From: a virus
DNA length: 38,102 bases
Virus record (IMG/VR): IMGVR_UViG_3300003499_000007
Coordinates: 1 to 38,102 of that record
Strand: one strand, 5' to 3'
In this document: in pieces, positions 16,530 to 26,333 of the stretch
Position numbering within the stretch: the stretch's first letter is position 1
Layout of the letters: every line of letters starts with the position of its first letter
The notes under the pieces: model-generated
The model's input: only the letters and a program-made list of their open reading frames with translations
Told to the model about the DNA's origin: nothing
Database searches by the model: none
Position numbers and translations under genes: made by a program

Positions 16530-17987
16530 ATGGATAAATTACTTGGATTTAGTCCTGATCTTGATCCGACTACACCCGGAGTAGTTACTGCTTGCGTTAA
16601 TTTTATACCTTATGAAGCGGGGATGGCTGGCGCACCATCTGCTTCTACTCCAACATCTACACCAGCACTTGCTGCTGCTTGTGTTGGCGGTGTAGTAATT
16701 ACAAAACTGGATGATACACGGCGAATTATCGCAGGAACAGCCACAAAGCTATATGAGCTTTCTGGCGGCTCGTGGACTGATGTATCAAGAGCTGGTAATT
16801 ATACTGGTGGAGCAGATACGAGATGGAGTTTTACTCAGTTTGGCAATGCTACGATTGCATCAAATCTTACTGACACAATTCAACGCAGTGCTTCAGGAGC
16901 ATTTGCTGATATTGCTACTGCACCAAAAGCCAAGATAGTATTTAGCGTTGGATCATTTGTGATGGCTTTAAATACATCTGATGCAACCTACGGTGTATCT
17001 CAAAATAGATGGTGGTGTTGCGCCACCTTTGATGAAACAAACTGGACACCAAGTGTTACAGCGTTATGTGCTACAGGTCAATTAGTATCAGCTCCGGGGC
17101 AAATTACAGCAGGTGGGAAATTAGGAGATTATGCTGTTGCATATAAAGACAAAGCTATTTTCTTGGGGCAATTCGTTGGCGCTCCTTCTGTGTGGGATTG
17201 GGCGCAAGTGCCGGGCGGTGATGCTGGATGTGTTGGTCAAGATGCATGGACTGATATTGGTGGAGCGCATTTTATTGTTGGGCAGGATAATCTATGGTTG
17301 TTTGATGGGTCTAGGCCTGTTCCGATAGGAGTCGGACAAGTTCGTGAATGGTTTTATGCCAACTCTAACCCATCTTACCGCTACAAAATACAATGTATAT
17401 TTGACAGGCAAACAAACAGAGTCTGGATTTTCTATCCATCAACGAATTCAACAACATTAAATTCTGCGATGGTATATCACCTTGCCACCAAACAATTTGG
17501 CTTGGTTACGATCAATATTGAAGCCGTGTTAAATTACATTAGTGCGGGGGTAACGATTGACGGGTTAAGCTCTATTAGTTCAACGATTGATGGTTTGTCT
17601 GCATATTCGTTTGATTCGCAATTTTGGCTTAGTGGCGGACGCGCTCTATCTATATTCAACACATCGCACCAACTCCAATTAATGACCGGAGCATCTACGT
17701 CCAGTAGTTATACTACTGGAGATATGGGTGACGATGATGGGGTAAGTTTATTAAGCAAGATTCGCATAAGATTTGCGCCCGGATTTGCTCCTACTACCGC
17801 AACCGCTCAAGTATCATCAAAAATGACCGAAGGCGATGGATTAACAATAGGCGATACACATACATTAAATGACGGTAAATTTGACGTGTTGCAAGCAGCG
17901 AGATTCCACCGTGCAACAATTGCAATGACTGGTGATAATCGTGTTTTGGCAATGGATGCAACATTAAAACCAATGGGGACAGCATGA
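16530..17987 (+). CDS. Putative tail hub/tubular protein
   Basis: 485 aa, in the position and size of P22 gp10. Based on synteny only. Confidence 0.5.
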   Translation: MDKLLGFSPDLDPTTPGVVTACVNFIPYEAGMAGAPSASTPTSTPALAAACVGGVVITKLDDTRRIIAGTATKLYELSGGSWTDVSRAGNYTGGADTRWSFTQFGNATIASNLTDTIQRSASGAFADIATAPKAKIVFSVGSFVMALNTSDATYGVSQNRWWCCATFDETNWTPSVTALCATGQLVSAPGQITAGGKLGDYAVAYKDKAIFLGQFVGAPSVWDWAQVPGGDAGCVGQDAWTDIGGAHFIVGQDNLWLFDGSRPVPIGVGQVREWFYANSNPSYRYKIQCIFDRQTNRVWIFYPSTNSTTLNSAMVYHLATKQFGLVTINIEAVLNYISAGVTIDGLSSISSTIDGLSAYSFDSQFWLSGGRALSIFNTSHQLQLMTGASTSSSYTTGDMGDDDGVSLLSKIRIRFAPGFAPTTATAQVSSKMTEGDGLTIGDTHTLNDGKFDVLQAARFHRATIAMTGDNRVLAMDATLKPMGTA

Positions 17988-18274
17988 AATTAAATGTTAC
18001 TCCACTTGGTAATGTAGACGCTGGAACAGCTCAATGGTATCGAGAAATTGCCCAGCAAGTTAATAGCCTTTCAGAGGGTAAAATATCCGCGAAATACCAA
18101 GCTGCAACGGCTGCACCAACGACAGGAACTTGGGCGAAAGGGGATTTTGTAACTAATTCTAATCCTTCTGAATTAGGGGCTGCTGGGAGCAAGTATTTTA
18201 TCGAAGGCTGGAAATGTCTTGCTGATGGAACGCCGGGAACATGGGTTCAGGCAAGATTTCTTACGGGGAACTAA
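17984..18274 (+). CDS. Hypothetical tail protein
   Basis: ORF with 4-nt overlap upstream and a TAATG overlap downstream. Confidence 0.6.
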   Translation: MKLNVTPLGNVDAGTAQWYREIAQQVNSLSEGKISAKYQAATAAPTTGTWAKGDFVTNSNPSELGAAGSKYFIEGWKCLADGTPGTWVQARFLTGN

Positions 18275-18684
18275 TGGAATTACAACAAGTACCATTAACA
18301 CACATAGATCGTGCTTGGGCTGATGGCGCATCATGCTTGTCTGAGGCATGTGATGTATCTGGTGGTGAGATAACAGGATCGCAACTTAAAATGATGCTAT
18401 CCCGAGGGGAACGCACGTTAATCAGAATGTGGGATGGTGAAACGGTTAGAGGATGGGGAGTTATTCGTGTGGATCAACTTCCTAATGTAAGAGTTTTATT
18501 TATCACAGATTTAGTCGCTCATAATGGCGGATTTGAACAATTTTTTGAAGCAATCAAACAACTCGCAAGAGACTTGGGATGCTCGGAAGTTAGATGTGCA
18601 GCAAGACAAGCACAAGAGCGGCTATACCGTACAACATGCGGATTTGAGCCTGTTTATACGATATTAAGAGTGGGGGTAATATGA
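18274..18684 (+). CDS. GNAT-like acetyltransferase-fold protein (tentative)
   Basis: ATG 18274. The C-terminal half ...LFITDLVAHNGGFEQFFEAIKQLARDLGCSEVRCAARQAQERLYRTTCGFEP resembles the GNAT beta4-alpha3...YxxxGF layout. Confidence 0.4.
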   Translation: MELQQVPLTHIDRAWADGASCLSEACDVSGGEITGSQLKMMLSRGERTLIRMWDGETVRGWGVIRVDQLPNVRVLFITDLVAHNGGFEQFFEAIKQLARDLGCSEVRCAARQAQERLYRTTCGFEPVYTILRVGVI

Positions 18685-19436
18685 CTTCAAGAAGACAACT
18701 TTATGCAGCATTAGAGCCGTTTGGTGATAGTTGTACTATGACTAAAGTTGGCGGTGGGAGAATTTATGGTGGTGGCGGTGGTGAACAGACAACAACATCT
18801 GCAATTGATTCGAGATTTTCACCATTAATTGATTATGCGACACAAGCTGGCGCAAGAGTTAATCAAGCTGGATTCCAGCCATATACTGGTGAGCGGTTTT
18901 CAGGGTTAAATGAAATTCAAAACACTGGTATTGATTTGATTAAAAATCGTGCGATGAGTGGTGATCCAACAATGGATCAAGCGCAAAGCACACTACAAGA
19001 CACGCTAAAAGGTGGTAATACAAACCCATATCTTGATGCAATGGTTAACAAAGCAACAATGGGCGTGGCTGGTAATCTAGCAAAGATAAATGCAACAAGC
19101 GGATCGTTTGGCAACTCAGGTATACAAGAGGTTGGGGCAAGGCAGATGGGCGAGATTGCATCGCAAATGTATGGGAATGCGTACAACACTGATCGAGCAA
19201 ATCAAATGGCTGCACTACAACTTGCACCGCAATATGGCAATCAGGCATACACAGACGCAAGCCAATTAATGAAGGCCGGCGGACAAGTTCAAGATCAAGC
19301 ACAGCAAGCGAAGGATTTTGCATACCAACAATTCCAAGAAAAACAAAACACACCATACAAACAAATGGCAGCTTATGGTGGATTGCTTAGTGGACAAGGG
19401 GCGCAGAAAACTACAACTAACGGGGGTGGCAAATGA
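18681..19436 (+). CDS. Putative internal/ejection protein
   Basis: Gln/Gly/Asn-rich 251 aa ORF in the ejection-protein position (synteny with P22 gp14/gp7). Confidence 0.5.
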   Translation: MTSRRQLYAALEPFGDSCTMTKVGGGRIYGGGGGEQTTTSAIDSRFSPLIDYATQAGARVNQAGFQPYTGERFSGLNEIQNTGIDLIKNRAMSGDPTMDQAQSTLQDTLKGGNTNPYLDAMVNKATMGVAGNLAKINATSGSFGNSGIQEVGARQMGEIASQMYGNAYNTDRANQMAALQLAPQYGNQAYTDASQLMKAGGQVQDQAQQAKDFAYQQFQEKQNTPYKQMAAYGGLLSGQGAQKTTTNGGGK

Positions 19437-20008
19437 AGAATTGGCAAAAATTAGCATTATTGGCTGCTGCGGCTGCGGCAACTGCTGGCACTGGCGGGGC
19501 TGCTGCACCAGCATTAGCGGCTGGTTCTGGTACAGCTGGAGCTGCTGCTGGAACTGGGGCTGCTGGTGGATTGCTTGGTGCAGGAACTGCCGGAGCTGGG
19601 GCCGCTGGAACTGCTGCAACTGGCACTGGGTTATTAAGTGCTGCGCATCCATTAATCGCAACAGGTGAAACTGGACTGCTTGCTCCTAGTGCTACTGGTG
19701 GAATTGGCGGGCTAAGTGCTGGAACATTCAATCCGGCTGCTTTTGGTGCTGGTGCTACTAACGTTCCTGCTGGCATAACTGGAGCGGATATTATGGGTGG
19801 CCTTAAAGGTGCAGGACAGGCGGCTTCTTCTGCAGCGGCAATAAATAACCTATTCCCGCATGCACAGCAACCAGCTAATATGAGCCAAGGCAATCCAGCT
19901 GGGCCGCAAACTGTTGCACAGCTTTACCAATCCAGTCAACAAGCCGTACAAGATCAAATAAACCAAGCGATGCAGGAACGTATGCAACGCAGAAAAATAT
20001 GGGGGTAA
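19433..20008 (+). CDS. Ala/Gly-rich low-complexity virion protein
   Basis: About 140 aa consisting almost only of A/G/T/L. Operon context with 4-nt overlaps. Confidence 0.6.
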   Translation: MKNWQKLALLAAAAAATAGTGGAAAPALAAGSGTAGAAAGTGAAGGLLGAGTAGAGAAGTAATGTGLLSAAHPLIATGETGLLAPSATGGIGGLSAGTFNPAAFGAGATNVPAGITGADIMGGLKGAGQAASSAAAINNLFPHAQQPANMSQGNPAGPQTVAQLYQSSQQAVQDQINQAMQERMQRRKIWG

Positions 20009-21819
20009 TCATGCCAGAAGGATTATTAGATTTTATTAAAACACCTGAAGGAATAGGGCTTCTTTCCACTGCATTCGGTGGGTTTGCTGGCGCACGTCGA
20101 GGGCAGCCACTCAACAGTTTAGGCCGTGCTGGTTTAGCAGGCATCACTGGTTACAATACTGCTTTAGATTTAAGAAGCAATCTTGCTAATAATGAAATGC
20201 ACAGGGCTTTGTACGGCGCACAAATAGGTAACTATAATAGTGAAGTTGAGCAACGTAAGGCTGCTCTTGAAAAAGAGCGTCAGAAACAAGAATTTCTGAC
20301 TTCAATGGGCGATACAAAAGACCTTAATAAGATGGTTACATCTGGTCTGTTTACTGCGCCAGAGCTAAAGGATTGGAATAGTATGTTTAATCCTGAATAC
20401 AGTACAACACCGCAATATGACCAAAGTGGGAATGCTTTTGTTGTTGGGAAGGACGGGGCTATAAAATACTTGTCAGGAGTTAAGCAGCAAGATAAAACAG
20501 CTTACCATGTTGTTGGTGGGAATTTAATTAAAACAACAGAAGGAGCTGGAGCTGGTGCTGTTCCTGTTTATAATGCGCCAAGCGCACCAACAAGGTATGG
20601 TACATCTGTGCAGCACGACCAAGCAGGCAGGGCTTATGTAGTGGGAGATGATGGTAAGCCTCAATATCTAGAAGGCATTACTTCCCCTGTTAAGGACGAT
20701 GAATACAGTACAACACCGCAATATGACCAAAGTGGGAATGCTTTTGTTGTAAGTAAGAGCGGTAAAATAAAATATTTAGACGGTGTAGCGCAACAACCAT
20801 TGCCAAATTCAATTTTGCAGCCTGGAGCAAGTATATATAACCCAAATACAAAACAAATAGATTATACTTTGCCAAAAGAGCAAGATATAAATAAACCGCT
20901 TATAACGGATAGCTATGGAAATATTGTTCCTAATATACCTTATCAAGAATATGAAAAAAGCAAGGTTCAGCCTATAAGCGTTTCTCCTGGAACAACATTA
21001 GTTAACCCGCAAAACAATCAGCCTGTATTTACTGCTCCAGATAGGCCGACAAACGTCGCTCCCGGTGGAACTTTATACAACACAAGTAAAAATGAGGTTA
21101 TTTTTACTGCGCCAGAAAAAAAAGAGCCATCGCCTGCTGCTATACAAGAATATATATTTGCTAGAGAGCAAGGAGAGAAGCGGTCATTTACTGATTGGGA
21201 CACGGCACGCAGGAAAGCTACAGCATCAAATGTATCTGTAAATACAGGACAAAAAGGGCTGGAAAATGAAATGAAATTTAGCTCTGCATTTAAAGCAGAG
21301 CCAATCTATAAAGCGCATCAAGATGTTCAATCTGCGTACAAACAAATTGCCGCAGGACTTAATTTAAAATCACCTGCTGGTGATCTTGCGGCGGCTACAA
21401 AGTTAATGAAGATGCTTGACCCCGGCTCTGTTGTTAGAGAGTCAGAATTAGCTATGGCAATGCAGGCTTCTGGTAAGCTTGACAGGCTTATGAATTATGG
21501 GAATATGGTTGTTACTGGACAGAAGCTTACACCAACACAACGACTTGACTTCCAAAAATTAGCTGACGAACTAAATAATGAAAGTGCTAAACAATATAAT
21601 GCCAAGCGAGAGGAATATAAAACATTTGCAGATAGTTATAAACTAAACAGTGATGTATTGCTTGGGAAACCCGTACAAGTTAATCAGCCAGCGCAGCCAT
21701 CTACTGGACAAACGCCAAACGCAAAGCCACTGCCAAAACCAATGAAGGGGATGACCCGTAACGGATATAAATTCAAAGGCGGCGATCCAGCAGATCAAAA
21801 TAATTGGGAGAAGCAATAA
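19999..21819 (+). CDS. Putative ejection/internal virion protein with an internal duplication
   Basis: EYSTTPQYDQSGNAFVV..G.IKYL occurs twice (about 20400 and 20700). An alternative start is ATG 20011. Confidence 0.6.
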   Translation: MGVIMPEGLLDFIKTPEGIGLLSTAFGGFAGARRGQPLNSLGRAGLAGITGYNTALDLRSNLANNEMHRALYGAQIGNYNSEVEQRKAALEKERQKQEFLTSMGDTKDLNKMVTSGLFTAPELKDWNSMFNPEYSTTPQYDQSGNAFVVGKDGAIKYLSGVKQQDKTAYHVVGGNLIKTTEGAGAGAVPVYNAPSAPTRYGTSVQHDQAGRAYVVGDDGKPQYLEGITSPVKDDEYSTTPQYDQSGNAFVVSKSGKIKYLDGVAQQPLPNSILQPGASIYNPNTKQIDYTLPKEQDINKPLITDSYGNIVPNIPYQEYEKSKVQPISVSPGTTLVNPQNNQPVFTAPDRPTNVAPGGTLYNTSKNEVIFTAPEKKEPSPAAIQEYIFAREQGEKRSFTDWDTARRKATASNVSVNTGQKGLENEMKFSSAFKAEPIYKAHQDVQSAYKQIAAGLNLKSPAGDLAAATKLMKMLDPGSVVRESELAMAMQASGKLDRLMNYGNMVVTGQKLTPTQRLDFQKLADELNNESAKQYNAKREEYKTFADSYKLNSDVLLGKPVQVNQPAQPSTGQTPNAKPLPKPMKGMTRNGYKFKGGDPADQNNWEKQ

Positions 21820-24128
21820 TGGCGGAACCATGGAAAGAATATCAAAGCTCTGTTACAGCTGCGCCACCGCCATGGGTAGAATATGCGCCAGTAGAAAAGC
21901 CACGTCAAGGTGCGATAGAATGGATTAAGTCTGCCAATCGCAATCTTGGTGCGGGGATGCTAAAGGGCGCAACTGATATTGGCACGACACTTCTTTACCC
22001 ACTGGATGAGCTAGGTATAACAGGCAAAACAAACAAAGAGCGCAAGGCGGCTATAGATCAGTACTTCAAAGAAAATGCCGACACTGAATCAACATCATTT
22101 AAAGCTGGCGCGCTAACCAGTCAAATTGCTGGAACTGCCGGGGCAGGCGGATTGCTTGGGAATGCAGTAGGTGGCTTGTCTAAATTCGCTCCAGTGGTTG
22201 CGCCTATGGTTGCCAATTCTTTACGTTCTGGCGGAATGACAATTGGCGTTCCTCCTGCCGCTTCTATTTTAAGTCGTGAGGCCGCTAGGAATGCGGCAAT
22301 CCGTGTTGGCGGTGGGGCTGTATCTGGCGGTGTTATGTCTGGCTTGGTTAATCCAGAGGACGCAGGAACTGGGGCGGTTATTGGCGGAGCAATCCCAATT
22401 GCTGCAAAAGCTGGTGGTGTAACTGGTAAATTCGTCAAAGATTATATTTATAATCCATTGTTTAATCCAAGTATTTCCGCAGTTAATGCCATAGTTAATA
22501 ATGCTGGTGGTGTTAATGAGGCAAGCACTGCTATTCAACGAGCAATCAGCGCAGGGGATACACTATCTGGTTATCCATATACGTTAGGGCAGGCTGGTAA
22601 AAACGCAGGATTATCTGCTACAGAACGAGCAAGGTCTGCGGTAAACCCGGAGAATTACCAAAAAATATATCAATCTCAGCGTGATGCAAGAATATCTGCA
22701 ATGCAGCGAATAGCTGGTGGTGCGGATGACTTAACTCGTGCAGATTCTTTGTCGGCACTTAAAGCAAAACGTGAAAATGCTGTTGCTGATTTATATTCGT
22801 CTATGCAAGATAAGCCATTCATGCTTGGTGATGAAGGCGAAAAGCTGATGGCTAGAGCGCGGCCATATGGTGCGTTATCTCATGCAGAAAAATTAGCTAT
22901 AACTCAAGGTCGCCCGTTCTCGATACCTGTTGTAGATGATGCTGGAGTGGCTATGACGCTGCAAGATATTGATCGAGTTAATTCTTTACGGCAAACCCAT
23001 CCTGATTATGTTCCACAGAGCGGTATAGATATACCACAAGATACTAGCGCGGGACTATTGGCCGAAATACGCAAATTAGGTGGGGTGTCAATGCGCGATG
23101 CACGAGATATAACAGGGGAAAAGCAGATTACAAAAATGGGCGTACAGGGCGGAGTGTTCACCAAAAAAGGTCAAGAAGTAGGTGATATGGTTCGACATTT
23201 GGTTGATAGTGGCACTATGCCGCGTCAGGTGTTAAATGATGTAGACGGTGGAGCGCAAGCATTGCGTGACGAAATGCAGCGCGTAGCTGGTGGTATTGAT
23301 GATATGTCACTAAAAGCAGGTGCGGAAACATATTACGGAATACCCGATCCATTGCCGGGAGCATATAAAGAAGGAATTCCTGCAATGCCTCCAACAATGC
23401 CTCGCGAGATAATTGACCGCGTGGTTAAGGGCGGCGATCTACAATCTGTAAAGCATGGAATAGATCAAGCAATAAGTGGAGCAGAAGGGCCGCAAAAAAG
23501 AGTATTAATGCAGCTAAAAGATGATTATTTAAAATTCATGGAGAGTAAATCTCCTGAATATATAAGGGCGAATAATATTTTTGCAGATAAATCAAAGCCA
23601 ATTACTGAAATGGCTGTCGCACAAAGAATGCTTGATGCTTTAACCGGAGAGGCTGCAAAGCATGGTGGAGAGGCAAGGCAGGCATCGACACAATTCCTGC
23701 AAGCATACCGGAATGTGCCGCTGATTTCTCGTTCTGTATCTGGCATAAAGCAACAGCCAGATCAAGTTTTCACACCTGAAAACCTTGGCACAGTTAGACA
23801 GGTTGCGCGTGAAATATCAAAGCATCAAGACTTATTAAATCTTGGGAGAGGGGTTGGCTCTGATACTGTACAAAAAGCGGCTAGAGCCAATGTCTTGGCG
23901 AGCGTGTGGGACTTGGTAAATTCGAGTAAAGCGGGGCGCGCAACAGTAAATATACTTAGTGCAGGCGCAAAAGGTAGAATTAATAACGAGCTTGATAGAC
24001 TTTTACAAAATCCTGAATATGCAGGCAAGAAACTATCAGAATTAACGCAGTCACAAGTTGGCAAACTAAAATCAATAATTGAAAACCCGGTGGTAAGGGC
24101 AGGCGTCGTTACATATCAATCAAGATAG
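21819..24128 (+). CDS. Large putative ejection/internal virion protein
   Basis: 769 aa. ATG 21819 overlaps the upstream stop (TAATG) and follows GGGAGAAG. Has a Gly/Ala-rich hydrophobic N-terminal third. Confidence 0.6.
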   Translation: MAEPWKEYQSSVTAAPPPWVEYAPVEKPRQGAIEWIKSANRNLGAGMLKGATDIGTTLLYPLDELGITGKTNKERKAAIDQYFKENADTESTSFKAGALTSQIAGTAGAGGLLGNAVGGLSKFAPVVAPMVANSLRSGGMTIGVPPAASILSREAARNAAIRVGGGAVSGGVMSGLVNPEDAGTGAVIGGAIPIAAKAGGVTGKFVKDYIYNPLFNPSISAVNAIVNNAGGVNEASTAIQRAISAGDTLSGYPYTLGQAGKNAGLSATERARSAVNPENYQKIYQSQRDARISAMQRIAGGADDLTRADSLSALKAKRENAVADLYSSMQDKPFMLGDEGEKLMARARPYGALSHAEKLAITQGRPFSIPVVDDAGVAMTLQDIDRVNSLRQTHPDYVPQSGIDIPQDTSAGLLAEIRKLGGVSMRDARDITGEKQITKMGVQGGVFTKKGQEVGDMVRHLVDSGTMPRQVLNDVDGGAQALRDEMQRVAGGIDDMSLKAGAETYYGIPDPLPGAYKEGIPAMPPTMPREIIDRVVKGGDLQSVKHGIDQAISGAEGPQKRVLMQLKDDYLKFMESKSPEYIRANNIFADKSKPITEMAVAQRMLDALTGEAAKHGGEARQASTQFLQAYRNVPLISRSVSGIKQQPDQVFTPENLGTVRQVAREISKHQDLLNLGRGVGSDTVQKAARANVLASVWDLVNSSKAGRATVNILSAGAKGRINNELDRLLQNPEYAGKKLSELTQSQVGKLKSIIENPVVRAGVVTYQSR

Positions 24129-24226
24129 CCAAATAGTCCGAGAAAAAATGCCCCGACCGCCACAACAATTAACTTAAATATAAGATATTCAACCATGTGT
24201 AATAATAACACGTAAGGAGAGCTAAA

Positions 24227-25558
24227 ATTCCAATTCCAACACTCATAACTGATCTATCTACCACAATATCGAGTAACAGTCCTGCTGGTTCAGATTCGCC
24301 AGCTATTCTGGATGATTATCAACGGGCACATGCTGCTTTTATAGCACAATTGCGTGATTGCACTGGATTTACTGGCACATTGCCAATCGCCAATGGTGGA
24401 ACTGCTGCAACAACTGCTGCTGGAGCAAGAACAGCATTAGGTGCGGCTGCATCTGGTGCAAACAGTGATATTACTTCGCTTACTGGTATTACTGGCTTGA
24501 TAAACGAAGCGCAAGGTTCTAATATAGCCAGTGCATCGACTATTAATCTGACTACTGCTACTGGTAACTACGTTCATATTACGGGAACGACTACGATCAC
24601 AGCGATTACTCTTGCACAAGGTGCGGAGCGTACTATTGTTTTTGATGATGTATTAACATTTACAAATGGTGCAAGTCTTATTCTTCCCTCCAGTGCTAAT
24701 ATTATTACAGCTGCTGGTGATACTGCCAAGGTGCGAGGTGAGGCTGCTGGTGTAGTTAGATGTGTAGACTATACAAGAGCTGACGGAACGGCTATTGTTG
24801 CACCAGCCGCTACAAGTGGGCAATTGCTTGGAGCCTTCAGAAATCTTCAGTTGTCTGCAACAGGGTTGTCCGCAAACGTAACAGTTACCGTTGATGAGAT
24901 TGTAGTAGAAGATTCCAGTAATGTTTATAAAACACTGCGTACTGTATCTTTAACGATAGCAGGCACAACAACGGGTGCGAATGCCCTTGATACTGGAACG
25001 ATTGCGACATCCACGTGGTATTCAGTATGGGTGATTTATAACGGCACGACTACTGCTGGACTGCTGTCTACCTCTGCTACATCCCCTACAATGCCGAGCG
25101 GGTACACGTATAAGGCACGGATTGGGTGGATTAGAACTGACAGCACTGCAAATAAATATCCGCTTGGATTTACACAATATGGTAGAAAAGTTCAGTATAG
25201 AGTAGGTGCTGGTACAAATGTCACAGCATACCCAACTATGGCAAGTGGGAGCCAAGGGAGTGTGAATACACCAACTTGGGTGGCAGTAGGAGTAAGCCCT
25301 TTCGCACCTTCAACGGCGGCAAATATAGTTGTTACGGCATCAGGTGGAGGCACTACCTCGATAATACTCATCGCTCCAAATTCTAGTTTTGGCAACTTAG
25401 GTTCGACTACTAATTCTCCACCTTTCTCTGAAAATTTAGTCGCAACAGACACTGCCCGTTCTGTGACTATTCAATTGGAATCCACGAATATATACGTAGC
25501 ACAAAATGTTAGCGGAACTGGATTGTCCCAGTGTGTTGGTTGGGAGGATAACTTATGA
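24227..25558 (+). CDS. Tail fibre protein, probably initiating at ATT
   Basis: Conserved fibre N-terminus IPIPTLITDLSTT..NSPAGSD..LDDY.RAHAAFIAQLRD and LPIANGGTAATTAAGARTALGA. The frame is open from 24209. AAGGAGA lies 6 nt before ATT 24227, and there is no ATG/GTG/TTG before 24350. Confidence 0.6.
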   Translation: MPIPTLITDLSTTISSNSPAGSDSPAILDDYQRAHAAFIAQLRDCTGFTGTLPIANGGTAATTAAGARTALGAAASGANSDITSLTGITGLINEAQGSNIASASTINLTTATGNYVHITGTTTITAITLAQGAERTIVFDDVLTFTNGASLILPSSANIITAAGDTAKVRGEAAGVVRCVDYTRADGTAIVAPAATSGQLLGAFRNLQLSATGLSANVTVTVDEIVVEDSSNVYKTLRTVSLTIAGTTTGANALDTGTIATSTWYSVWVIYNGTTTAGLLSTSATSPTMPSGYTYKARIGWIRTDSTANKYPLGFTQYGRKVQYRVGAGTNVTAYPTMASGSQGSVNTPTWVAVGVSPFAPSTAANIVVTASGGGTTSIILIAPNSSFGNLGSTTNSPPFSENLVATDTARSVTIQLESTNIYVAQNVSGTGLSQCVGWEDNL

Positions 25559-25869
25559 GTTATGCAATTAGAAAAGATGGACAAGGTTGGAGAGCTGTGA
25601 ACGAGGTGGGCGATGTTATGGTGGATGAAGTTTATAGCTCCACTCCGCCCATAAAAACCCCGTTGGAGATAGTTAAAGAAGTAAATTCAAATATCCAAAG
25701 ACAGATTAGGGAGCTGGAAGTACAGGTCACCGCCAGATTAATGCGCGATTTTATCTTACAGCCAAATGTTCCCATATCCCGACCGTCTGGTTCTCCAAAA
25801 ACGCCAGCGCAGATTATCGCCGACATCGACGCGCAGATTGAAACACTAAGAGCAACATTGCAACCATAA
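25555..25869 (+). CDS. Hypothetical protein after the tail fibre (possible fibre chaperone)
   Basis: 4-nt overlap with the fibre gene. Function guessed from position only. Confidence 0.5.
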   Translation: MSYAIRKDGQGWRAVNEVGDVMVDEVYSSTPPIKTPLEIVKEVNSNIQRQIRELEVQVTARLMRDFILQPNVPISRPSGSPKTPAQIIADIDAQIETLRATLQP

Positions 25870-26042
25870 AATATATTTATTTATCTAATTGCCTAAAAAT
25901 TAAGCGACTAGGATTGCGTATAAACGGCTTAAATAATATCAGGATACATTTATGTCAAATTACATATAAAAACGAATATAGGCTCATATAGTGAGTTTTA
26001 GAGCATTTTAACTGATTTTAAGCAAAATTACCGTTGGAATAG

Positions 26043-26333
26043 ATGCGTATGGTTACAAATAAAGAAATATCACAACAAAACGACACTGTTGAGCACAAAA
26101 AGCTATTTGACCCAACAATAAATATCACACACATCTTAACAACTGCTGCCATGATGGGCGGGATTTTTACTTGGGTATCTGCAAATCTTAATGATATAAA
26201 ATTAACCATCGCAACTAACATGGCAAATATAGATAACATCAAAGCAGAGAGAATGCGTGAGGCAGATGAGCTTAAAGATTCTATAAGAGAATTAAATTTA
26301 AAGGTTGATCGACTTATTGAACGAGGGAAATAA
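26043..26333 (+). CDS. Single-TM protein with a coiled-coil tail (holin/antiholin-like)
   Basis: Has one hydrophobic helix, ILTTAAMMGGIFTWVSANL. It is the first gene of the lysis cassette. Confidence 0.5.
   Translation: MRMVTNKEISQQNDTVEHKKLFDPTINITHILTTAAMMGGIFTWVSANLNDIKLTIATNMANIDNIKAERMREADELKDSIRELNLKVDRLIERGK

Noticed and set aside
19266-19893. Three long alternative ORFs (19266..19661 -, 19318..19668 +, 19417..19893 -) over the Ala/Gly-rich gene
   Set aside because: They are products of GCN/GGN-rich low-complexity DNA that is open in many frames. Only 19433..20008 is coupled to both neighbours by 4-nt overlaps.
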